From positions 4,650,001-4,714,000 of the forward strand of contig CM022674.1 in NCBI GenBank assembly GCA_012295275.1: 64,000 bases of DNA, in the 5' to 3' direction. Below the pieces are notes generated by a model. The model did no database searches and had not been told where the DNA came from. It saw only the letters and a list, made by a program, of their open reading frames with translations. A program made the translations under genes and the position numbers. Within the stretch, counting starts at the first letter, position 1. Each line of letters starts with the position of its first letter. This stretch comes from Chrysomallon squamiferum (lineage: Eukaryota > Animalia > Mollusca). Positions 25,341 through 36,537 of this stretch are shown one piece after another.

Positions 25341-26330
25341 TTTACTTATTGGTTTTATTTCTCTCTATCTGCCAGTGAACCTTACTATATGACCTCATCA
25401 CTGTTGTTTTCTCCACCACAGAATCAACAGAAGCCAAGTTCAATCTGAAGGACAATTTCTTGCTGGATACATGTACTATCAAGGCTAACCCTAAACTGAA
25501 TCTGTTTTATAAGCACCTCTCACTGCCCACACATCTGATGGAAAACCAGGGACTTGAGTGGAGTGAAACCAATGATGGAGTAACCATTACAAGTAAATGA
25601 TCCAACTCTTACTTTGAATATTTCTTATTACTTTAACTATTTAAACCATTACACACAGATGATCTTACTCTTTTACACAGTAAGCCTGATAACAGTTATT
25701 ATTCTGATATACATGTTTTAGTCACATTTCTTGTGAGTTTTATTATTCCTTGTATTTATAGTATCAATTTTTATATTATTATTATTTTTTTTTTTTTTTT
25801 AAATATGTCTGAGCACTTGCAAACAACATCTTAAGGTTGTGACATAAACTAAATTACAAAATATTTATTTGTCTCAATTAGGGAGAAAGATTAAACTGCC
25901 TCTTGGTAATCTGAGCAAATATTTAGTCTGCTGATTTCAGAAAATGGAAAATGAACAATAATATTCATTTGATAATCACTAAGATACCAAAAAGAAATAA
26001 TTTAAAAAAATTGTGTAAATGAAGATTAACTTGTTGAGTAGTTCTTAATAAAATAAAAATAATAACTAGCTGAACATTAAATTGTGAAATCTGTTAATAA
26101 ATATATTATGATTTTTATTTACAACATGAAGCTTTTAAATTCAGTTAAGTCAAATTAAGAACTGAATAATGTAGAAATACAAAGATTATAAATTAGAGTA
26201 AAAACATTAGACGAACTAAAAAATCAGTATAAAACATTAAGAATAAAAATTATAAAATGTGACATAAATATACCTATTAAAACAAAAAATTGGCCGTGAT
26301 AAGTGAAAATCATGGTGCTCTTTACAACAG
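25341..26330. repeat. Segmental duplication, paralogue of ~20905-21660 (and 1-380)
   Basis: Colinear identity including the calsyntenin exon. This copy retains ~220 bp (25615-25830) that is missing from the 21.2-kb copy. Confidence 0.85.
25422..25592 (+). pseudogene. CLSTN: Isolated duplicate calsyntenin exon
   Basis: A 171-nt phase 1-1 copy of 20985-21155. The frame is open here (GAG TGG instead of GGG TAG), but the neighbouring exons are absent. Confidence 0.75.
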
Positions 26331-26546
26331 AATCTACTGTTTTAATGTTATTAATTGCAGTTAATATTTATTTTTTATTACTATTATGATTCATCTTTTT
26401 TTCTCTTTTTTCGTAGTGTTGTTCATGACAATCATTTTGAAAGATACATAGTTACCTCCCTTACCAAATTCTAATAATTTCATGAATTATATATACATTT
26501 TTACAGAACATTGTAAAGCATTAATATTTTCACATTTAATTAGATA

Positions 26547-26582
<36 letters not shown>

Positions 26583-26996
26583 TAAAATAAAAATTTCTGG
26601 TAATAAATAGTCATTTGATTTGGCTTTATCGATGTTTTGCTGTAGCCATCGGCAGTTTAATTTCCGATTTAACTGAACCTATAATTACTATGTCTGTATT
26701 GAAATAAACATTTGAAAATATAAAAGTATGTAAATGTACCCTTCTTCTTATTATTATTATTAGTAGTAGCAGTAGTAGTAGTAGTAGTAGTAATAGAAGT
26801 ATATTGACATTTTCAGTTTTCGGCACTTGTTTATCGTCCTTGACCTTCGCAGTTATCACTCCTGGAACGTGATCCGTATTGAATGTTGTTATCAGTGATG
26901 ACAAATTTTAATTTCATATTTATATATAAAAAATTTATTAGCTATAAAAACAAAAAATAAAAAGAATAAAGCTTGGCGATTTATTCCACATGTTCC

Positions 26997-28857
26997 TTCT
27001 GAAAATAAATAAAAGTAAAATAAGTAAATTATTAGTTGGCTTAAATGAAGGGGTAATGAGTTAGAACAATGCTTCTGGTGAGATCAGGATGTTGAATAGA
27101 ACCATAAATGTCCATACAGACAGACCGACAAACCGACAAACCGAGAAACAGAAAAATATAGAGACAATGTGAAAAGAAGAAAACAAACAGGCAGTTAAGC
27201 GAGTGTTATGAGACGGTCAGTTAGACAATCGCAGAGAGAGAGAGATGTAGCTAATGAAACAGAGATAAATAAATTTATATACACACTGACGGAATGGACG
27301 ATATATAGATGGATAGATGGATAGATAGATAGATAGATAGACAGGCAGGCAGACAGCTAGATAAAAAGAATGAACAGAAAGACACACGAAGGTACATGGA
27401 GGAAAATACTGATAGTAAAACCTTCCAATTTTGGCACGATCTCTTTTCATCGACTTCATCGTTTTCACGGGGAAAAAAAAAAGATAAAAACAAAACCAAA
27501 ATTACAATATAAGCAATAAAAAAAAAACCCCAAAAAACCCAGCTGCCAACTTAGAATCATAATCAAAAAGAGCCACCAAACAGGTAGAAATCGAGTAACC
27601 AGTGGGACGGACGTTCGGACAAGTCTGAAAGTGGAGAGTGAAAGAAGAAAGAAACAGGCAGACTACTGGATGCACGCAAATCCTAACAGAGTGAACTCGA
27701 ATAGTTGATGAAAATATTACATTCGCAGTTTTAAAGTAGTAGTGGTAGTAGTCGTAGTAGTAATACCGCTGTCTAAAAATAACACTTCAGTTCCTTTATG
27801 AAGCCTCTATAGACCTACGTTGTGATACTCACAAGGTATCAATGAGTTTTCTTTTGCCTTCTCTTCTTTAAGTATATTTACGGCAGTTTTCTCATCGGCT
27901 TTTTCCAAGGAAGAACAAAACACGTCGAATGCTCTATCGCCTTTTCGAGGTAAAATGTCAAGAAGAGATCCTAACTTTTTATGCCGCGTGGGTTCCGCCT
28001 GTCATTTTGATTTAAAAAAAATAATAATAATAATAATACGAATAATAACAACAGCAACAACAATATTAACAAAAATAACAGCAACAACAATAATAATAAA
28101 ACCAGTAACAATAACAACAACAACAACAACAATAAATAAATAAATAATGAAATAATGAAATAATGAAATAAATACATTTTTAGGTTATGTTTATATTTTC
28201 ATTAAACAGATACTATTTGCCACAGGACATAAGTTTGTGAATGAGGATTCAGATATTAGTTTTTCATTATAAACAGCTTAGCCAAATAGAAAATCATAAT
28301 TATATGCATCGACACTGTATCTAAATGCTTTTGATATTGTGAGGACATTTATGAAATCGAGAAGGATGAGACAAAATAAACAAAACTTTCAAATTTGTAC
28401 AAACTACGTTTGAATATTTGATAGGCGTTTATTCTATATCTATTTAATATATATATATTTGTCTTATTTGCTACTTAAATTAAATGTAATTGGCTATGAT
28501 ATGTTTATGCATGTGTATAATCAAAGGTAAATAACAGAAGACATCATTTAAGATCTGGGTAAAAACTTCCAGGTTTGGCAAATAAGCTGAAATAATTAGG
28601 CACCTTCAATTTCCATTTGCCAGTTGTTGTTTTTTTTTGTTTTTTTTTCCAGTGTGAATATATATTAAGTGTATGTATAAGGATGTGTGTCTAAGCATGT
28701 GTAAAGATGCAATTTGCTTTACCTCGATATGTTCTTTATTTGCTTCACTTATTACCTCTTCGGAAAGAAGGTAATCGAGTATTGTTTGTACATCGGTAAT
28801 ATTATCGAGAAGTCTTACACGATTTCTTATGAGTAAACGTTTGTGTCTGGAATCCAT
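26997..28857 (-). CDS. CARD-only protein 3 (CARD exons 28857-28723 and 27998-27833; 3' end uncertain, 100 aa if spliced to the acceptor at 26998)
   Basis: Translation: MDSRHKRLLIRNRVRLLDNITDVQTILDYLLSEEVISEANKEHIE|AEPTRHKKLGSLLDILPRKGDRAFDVFCSSLEKADEKTAVNILKEEKAKENSLIP. Exon lengths (135 and 166 nt), phases and flanking introns match CARD-1. LLDILPRKGDRAFDVF is a textbook CARD helix 4-5 motif. Joining the phase-1 donor at 27833 to the acceptor at 26998 gives T|AA, a stop. Confidence 0.78.
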
Positions 28858-29225
28858 TTCTAAAAAAAAAAAAATTAAATATAAGACTAGTCATTTAATC
28901 ATACAGAATAACACAGAAGATTAACAAGAATTATGATTTAGGCAATTTCAGTTGACGTCCCGTTCAACATATGTTTCTCTGAATGAAGTTATAATTTATT
29001 TTTTAAATTAATTAATTAATTAAATTATTTATGTTGATATTGTTTCGAATAAGGTGTATTTCAGTTCATATGCATGCAATTGAATAACATACAAAACAAA
29101 AAGAAAAACGTGCATTACAAGATGGACAATAAATAGTTAATTTATATTAAGATCCTAAAAACAGAGCATCTTTGAGAAATTTAGCAAGGCTGTATAATTG
29201 TTTCGTAACTTGAACAGACAATAAC

Positions 29226-29370
29226 TGAATGGCTTAAACCAGAGAGAATGAATGGCTTAAACCAGAGAATGAATGACTTAAACCAGAGAATGAATGGCTT
29301 AAACCAGAGAATGAATGACTTAAACCAGAGAATGAATGGCTTAAACCAGAGAATGAATGACTTAAACCAG
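29226..29370. repeat. 21-bp minisatellite, ~7 units (GAATGAATGRCTTAAACCAGA)
   Basis: Directly visible tandem array in which G/A variants alternate. Confidence 0.95.
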
Positions 29371-30021
29371 CGTACATCGTTACGTCCGATGTTTCATTTG
29401 TACGTGGCTTACATCATAACAAAAGGACGCAAACTGAAATTTAAAATAAATAAAATACATGAAATTCTTCAGTACCTTCACGAGAGACTTAATCCCACAG
29501 ACAAATGCCTTACAATCCAGTTCCAAATCATTCCAGACATATTTTATATGTAACAGCATAAAACATGTCTAGAGTGACTGAACCAGCGAGTTGTTTCTTC
29601 TTTGATTTGACTAGAAACAGATCACAGTCTCGAATTTTGTTATAACAAATATTATATAATAATTAGTCTATGGCCTTTGCCTAAAATGATGATAATATAT
29701 ACTGCCAAATACGTTAACATGACTGGATGTTGAATTTATTTGTTTACATTATTTCATTGATGCAGCATTTTGGAATGTAGCCAGCAGTAAGACGTTGTCA
29801 CGGTGTCAAAGTCGTAACTTTCATGTCAGCCGATGAAACGGAGGGATACATGTACCAAAATGGTGAGAAAGGCTCAATAATGGGATTTATCGGTGTTACA
29901 TTAGCAGATCTGATGACTCAGGGAATTTAACTTTATTTTATTGATTTGTTTATTTATTTATTTATTTATTTATTTATTATTATTATTATTTAATCTTTTC
30001 TTCTTTTTTTATTTTATTTAC

Positions 30022-30052
<31 letters not shown>

Positions 30053-30164
30053 TCTTTTTCTGTTATTTTAGCCTTTAATTTATATTACATAAACTAGGGG
30101 ACAGCTATGCAGTGTTTTGGAGGAGGGCCAAGATAACAAATGTGTTACACACACACATATACAC

Positions 30165-30203
<39 letters not shown>

Positions 30204-30668
30204 TCTCTCTCTCTCTCTGAATTTTGTCTTCAATACTGAGCACCAACGCTTCGTGGGCCAAAGGTTGCCGACCTCTGATCTAAAACGATATGTTGGTCCT
30301 ATTATAAAAGTTCTATAAGAACTATAATAAATGAATTTCATTTTGAACAATACCATGGGCTGATCGCTATGTTTTGATCGGTTGAACGTGAGCAAACATT
30401 TATAATCGGGATAATCACGTTAAAAAATGAGGTCAGCAAAATTCCGTTTGTAACATACATATTTAAAAAATCAGTTAAAACGTACCTACAGGTGAGCTGA
30501 GTTCAGCCATTTTTGCTTTCTTTTTCAACGGTAACTAAAATAATAGATCACCGAGTTATTAATGTTGAAGTTTCTTAATAATATTCTAGAAGTTAATTTA
30601 TTTTAAAAGCTGATAGTACCAATTTTACCACTAAAACAAGAACTGAAACAAGGAAATTCCTTTATATA

Positions 30669-30740
30669 TTCGGATAAAATCGTTAAAATCCGTAATCTTC
30701 CGTTTATTTATTTATTTTTATTTGTTTTATTTTCTTATTT

Positions 30741-30778
<38 letters not shown>

Positions 30779-30899
30779 CTTTATTTATTTATTTATTTAT
30801 TTATTTATTATTATTATTTTGTGTATGGTTCTTTTCAAGATTCGAACCATAATTTTACTGTCGGACGAAGAATCACGTATTTTAACGATCTGATCCGAA
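30669..30899. mobile_element. MITE-like element with ~35-bp imperfect terminal inverted repeats
   Basis: The left arm TTCGGATAAAATCGTTAAAATCCGTAATCTTCCGT is the approximate reverse complement of the right arm ACGAAGAATCACGTATTTTAACGATCTGATCCGAA. The interior is T-rich. Lone right arms occur at ~7490, ~9845 and ~17330. Confidence 0.6.
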
Positions 30900-31018
30900 C
30901 ATAAAACTAACTTGCTTATTCATTTTCTTAATTTTTTTTACTTTTTAATTTTTTCAAATTCTTTCATTGTTCATATCTTTATGGGATAACACCTAGGCGC
31001 TATGACTGGTGTTTATAC

Positions 31019-31071
<53 letters not shown>

Positions 31072-31101
31072 GTTACTGATGTTGTTTATCTGTTGATGTT
31101 G

Positions 31102-31139
<38 letters not shown>

Positions 31140-32005
31140 GTTGTTGTTGTTGTTGTGCTGCTGTTATTGACGTTCCTGTTATTTATCTGTAGATGTTGTT
31201 ATCATTATCAGTGATGTAGCTGTTATTTTTGCTGCTGCTGTCAGTGACTAATGTTTTATTGATACGCAGACGTCACCGCTGTATTCGCGAATCTTGTTTT
31301 AAAAGTTTACACGTGTTTATGTCAGACAATACGGTGCTCGGAATAAAATATCTTTTGTACAGTTCAGTGACATCCACATTTGTTTACTTCAGTATTAAGA
31401 TATCGTTCGTGACACTTAATCAGAGCTGCACGTGAACAATCACGTGTCTGTCACGTGATTCAATCATTTCTTTTGCCAAATGCATGGGACGCTGTTTATT
31501 ATGATCGATTACTCGCAAAGCGGAAAAATAAAAAAATAAAAAAAAAAATAAAAAATAAAAAAAATAGGGCGATTATCGAAGCAGTTGTGTTGTATGGTAT
31601 ATATAAATTAATACTGTTATTGCTGCTGCCGTTACTATGAATACTACAACTACCACTACCACGTCTACAGCTACTATCATTTCTGTTATTACGACTGTAT
31701 CACTACTAGTGTTACTATTTATATTACTACTAGTTACTAGTACTACTTTTAGTTTCATTACTCTTACTGTTACTGTTATTTCTATTTCTGTTAGAATCTG
31801 TTATTAGTACTATTACTACTATTAATATTACTACTATATTAATATTACTACTATTAATATTACTACTATATTAATACTAATACTACTATTAGAGCTACTG
31901 ACATTACTATTACTGCAGCTAGTGTTGTTCTATCTTTATTGTTTGATGTTTCTGCTTTAAGATAGCTTTGTACAGACTACTGCTTCCAGTATAGACGGTT
32001 TAAAA

Positions 32006-32078
<73 letters not shown>

Positions 32079-32399
32079 AGAAATATAAAATCACTAGAAA
32101 AGCAGGAACAACAACAACATTAATAATAATTATGATAATAATAACAAACAAAACAACAACAACAACAGCAACAACAGTAATAATAATAATAATAATAACA
32201 ATAACAATAACAAATAAATGGTAACTAAATACCATTACAATAATAGCAACAACAAAAAAATGTTGTAATAATAATAAATAAATAAATAAATAAATAAACA
32301 AATAAATAACAAAACAAACAAGACGATTAAACCTTTTGCTTCTGACGTACTGCATATTTCACACAACTGTCTACTAAAAAAAAACATTTTTTCAAAATC

Positions 32400-32927
32400 T
32401 GTCATCGTGTGCCGTACGTATTATACAACTTGAACTATGGTCAGTTGAGGTTAACGCTAGCCGAGACCATGAATGGCACATGCTTTGAGCACGCGTTGCT
32501 GCCTCGTTTCCGTTAACCAATCGGATGAATTGTTGTTCTCGAGCGAAGTCGGTTAGTTGACGTAGATTGGCAAGCTGATCGTAACAGACGAAATTTTGAG
32601 CGTACGAAGAGACCCATTTGAACGATTTTTGTCAAATTCACACCCCTGTTTTTGTTTATATTCAGTAAATACATCATCGGTGGTTACTGGTCAGAGCGCG
32701 TGGTAGATATTTGTTACGTAACTACCTATTACCACAAGCGAGAAGAGATCAGTCTAAGTTTCGTTGGAAAAGCAAGAGGAGTGTTTAGATTTTGGCTCGT
32801 GTGAAACTGATCGTACTGTTAACCTTTCTCTCTCAGTCTCAGGGTTTGCAGTTAAAAACTATTTAGATTTTTTTTTTCTCTCTCTCTCTTTGCGAGACAT
32901 AGATTTATTAACGTTTCCATTTTCTAG
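32400..32927 (+). promoter_or_regulatory. Putative promoter / non-coding first exon / first intron of the 299-aa gene, lying head-to-head with CARD-3
   Basis: A CpG-containing island in AT-rich DNA with CCAAT boxes in both orientations (AACCAATCGG, GATTGGC). It has a donor-like CA|GTAAAT at 32665 (GTAAGT in the paralogues) and an acceptor at 32927. Confidence 0.45.
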
Positions 32928-32949
32928 CATACTTGTTTTATTCCGGGAT

Positions 32950-35099
32950 ATGATTTCTTACGAGTCTCTCATAGACGAGTTTTACAGCATTCAGAAATCG
33001 AATGGTTTTGAAGACGATTGCTTTACTCAAGTTACTGTCGTGCCCAGAGAGATCAAACCTTTCAAACCAATTGCTTGTCCCGTTCTGGAAAACCACCTGG
33101 AATCAGTTGGGAAGAAACCTGGTATTCCTCACCTGCCTCTACTAGGATGCATTTGTAGATTAGAATGCAACAAAGATGGCGTCCGGGGACGCTCCGTAGA
33201 CAGATCGCATGACGTCACGGTACAATGCATGGATAATGGCGGACCAGATATCGAATACCTTATTGAAGGTATTGCCTCTCATGAAATGCCGGTTATAGGT
33301 ATGTTACCTTTACGTGTTGCCTATTCTTAACGTGTTCATATTTATTTATTTATGATGAGTTTGTGTTTGCAGTTAATTGCACAAATTTATAATGTTTTAA
33401 CATTTTTTCAAAAGACCATTGGTAAAAGGTCATATTGATTTCTAATGAATAAAACTATAATTTTTAACATATACTATATATACGTTTAATGCAGTTAAAC
33501 TTAGCCCATGAGACGGAAAATTTCTGTCACCTGTGACGTAATTTGCATACGTGGATTTTCTTTAGACTGAATATGTTTCCCTATTTTAGTATTTAAAAGT
33601 AAACCGTAAGTTGTATTTATTTAATATTACTGGTATTTCAGTTCATAAATTATAACAAGTCGTCATGAAACAAAACGTACGTTTCTGCGTAAAGATCATC
33701 ACATTTAATGATTTATATGAAATCTTAAATCTATTGTTAGATTATATATTATATATTTTTATTTATTTACCCAAACTTTTGGTAACTCCTATTTTCGATA
33801 CTGGTCACCAAACGGAAGACCAGAATAACTTAAATTAACCGACACATCTTATTTAAATGCTATTTCGGCCATTTTTTATTTTCTTGCTGCTAAATCGATT
33901 GACCGCTTATTCACACTGTGGATGCCATAAATAATTTCGTTTTTGTAATGTAACAACCCTTTGACGATCCGCCAGAGGCATGAGTAGAAACCATGTTCAC
34001 GTTGAACATGCGCTGTCGTCATAAATAAAGCAAAAACGTGTCTGCTGAAACTCAGGTAAACGAAAGGCCACTGGTAAACTCGTTAAGCTACGTAATATCG
34101 CCACTAGTCTATTATGCCGATGCGAACACGCGTCCAGAAATGACTTAACTGCCTGCGTAATAAATTCCTCAGAACAAAGAGGTCAGTCTGTCTTACTGGC
34201 ATGTTATACAACCGTTTAGTTGTGATGACGCAACGCTTCATTACAGCTTTTTACCCTGTAATTTTCTTTACTTAATAATGACTAATCCTCCCCCGCGGGA
34301 AGGTAAATATATTTAAAATTGCGGTTTTATCTTGTCATTTAACTTTTTTTTTTTTTTTTTTTTTCTTCCCGTTTTGAAGAAGGTTTAAGCACGCGACTCA
34401 GGACTTGTGGTTAATAATTCGGCTTGCGTTTCGAGTTAACGTGGGTAACGGAAGATAAGGAATCGATAGCATGGACCTTTCATTTTTTTTTTTTTCTGAC
34501 AGAAAGTCATCGTTCCGTTTAACTTGCACTAAACTTCCTTCATTGCCCGTGTTACAAATTTTCGCCCGTAAAATTGAAACAAAATTTAAATTAATAGTGA
34601 TAGTAAAAGCGGTCAGCAGGCATTCATTTAACATTTATTTTCAACACCAAGTATTTATCAAATATTTCACGCGCACAACCATTTTCCACCCCCATCCCCC
34701 ACGTTTCATGGGTTTCAATTTATTTAATAATATAATATATTTTATACATCATTTATAACACGTTAAGAGTTTATTTTTTAATTTTTTATACACATTAACA
34801 AGACAACAGGATTTGAAAATAATAGGCTACACTTTATTCGTAGTAAATATTTAGTGTTTAATTATACATTAAAAAAAAAAAAATTAGGATGTTTCAAAAT
34901 GTATTTAGTGTAATTGTTAGCAATGTTATATCTACATTTTACGGTGAAAAAACCCAGCAATGAATTATTTGCAAATTACTGTTAAACGAAGGAGTTATTT
35001 CTGTTACAAACAATAATAACATTATTATTATTATTTTAACATATGTATAGTGATATATGTATATATACATCATTTATGTATGATTTCAAATCCTGTTTT

Positions 35100-35130
<31 letters not shown>

Positions 35131-36537
35131 TATATATTTTTAAATTATTGTTATTTTTATATCTGTTTACTTAATAATTTCTAATTATGCAGTTAATTTA
35201 GTTAATTTTACTTATAAATCATATACGTGTGTGCCGCCATTCTTTTGCACTTTCATTTTCAACAGAGAGAGAAAATACGTGATGGATGAAAAGTTAATTC
35301 ATGTTCCTCTTGTTCAGGGGAGACCATCCAGATATGACGAGAGTAAAATGGGACACAACTCTTCCAAACTGCTTCGACTTCTAGTAAATCATATCCCGAA
35401 GTGGATATTTGTGAAATTATTTGATGTTTTTCTTTTTCAACATTAAATCGTGCACTTAACATTAGAGAAAGTTTAGTGGTTTTCTATGGCGGGGTGGTGA
35501 AAACCAGTGTCTGGATGTATGCAATTTATAAATATTAAATTATCAGTAATTGTATTAAATATTATATTATTATATATTTTATTAAATAACAATTTGTAAC
35601 GCACGTTAAGATATATACACACTTCATAATTCATCCATAATTAATACCATCCAGACAGTTTTAATAAAAACACAAAAGAATTGTAATTTGTAAATTTATA
35701 GATTTTTTTTGTTTTCGTTTTTGTAATCATAAAATATATATTCAGTTCAGAAACTTTATTTTTTTTTTTTACAAATGATTAAAGCGATCCTTTGAAAACT
35801 TGTATATATTTCTTATCATTCCTATCAAATAAATTACATATACTCTAGTAACCAGTATTAAATAAAACTCTAAACTCTAGTAGTGTAAGTTACTTCGTAT
35901 ATTGTACAGTGTAAAAAAGTTGCAACATAAAAATTATTTTACCCGTTTGTACGTCAACAACATCCTTTTTTTTTTATTTGTTACAGGTATGTACGTCGAC
36001 AAACAAATATGTCCAGGCTTTCCGTACCGCATCCGCTACCTCGGAGGTACCCGTGACGTATTTGACGACGCCAAACCGAAAACGTTGCAGTCGATCGGAA
36101 TGGGATACACGCACCGTATGACGTTCGACAGCGACTGCCTGAACCACAACGACAACGTCTTCTGGTCGGACAGTCACCCGAAAGGCTTCGCCTTCCGAAT
36201 CCAGGCGGTCAACCCCGGCGACGTGTTTGTTATATATGACGTCACGTCCTGTCCGATCGGCGAGGCGAAAATCGAGTCTCTGTCGGCGCCGCAGGAGGAA
36301 ATTGACATGACGGTGAATAGCGGCACCGTCTGCAAGACTGTCCGCGTTTGGCTGGTCTGCAGCGTTGTTTACTTCCAAGGCCATCACGGATTGGTGGATT
36401 TGCACTCGCCCACTTCGGAGACGATCGTGGGCGAGGCGATGGTCATGAAGTCCAAGGGAGAGAAGCGTGCTAAGGTTTTATGCATCTCGAACATCTGTTT
36501 ATCGAGACAGGAAGGCTGCACGTTTCGTAAAGATTAA
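32950..36537 (+). CDS. Uncharacterised 299-aa protein, two coding exons (32950-33298, 35987-36537)
   Basis: The phase-1 donor G|GTATGT at 33298 joins the phase-1 acceptor TTACAG|GT at 35987, giving an uninterrupted 900-nt ORF (MISYESLIDEF...EMPVI|GMYVDKQICPGFPYRIRY...LQSIGMGYTHRMTF...FWSDSHPKGFAF...TFRKD*). Both exons are high-complexity islands with raised GC. An acceptor at 32926-32927 precedes the ATG. I recognise no domain. Confidence 0.85.

Noticed and set aside
29226-29370. CRISPR-like regular repeat, and ORF 29248-29553 (MNGLNQR repeats)
   Set aside because: The units are contiguous with no unique spacers, there are no cas genes and the context is eukaryotic. The ORF is just the translated minisatellite.
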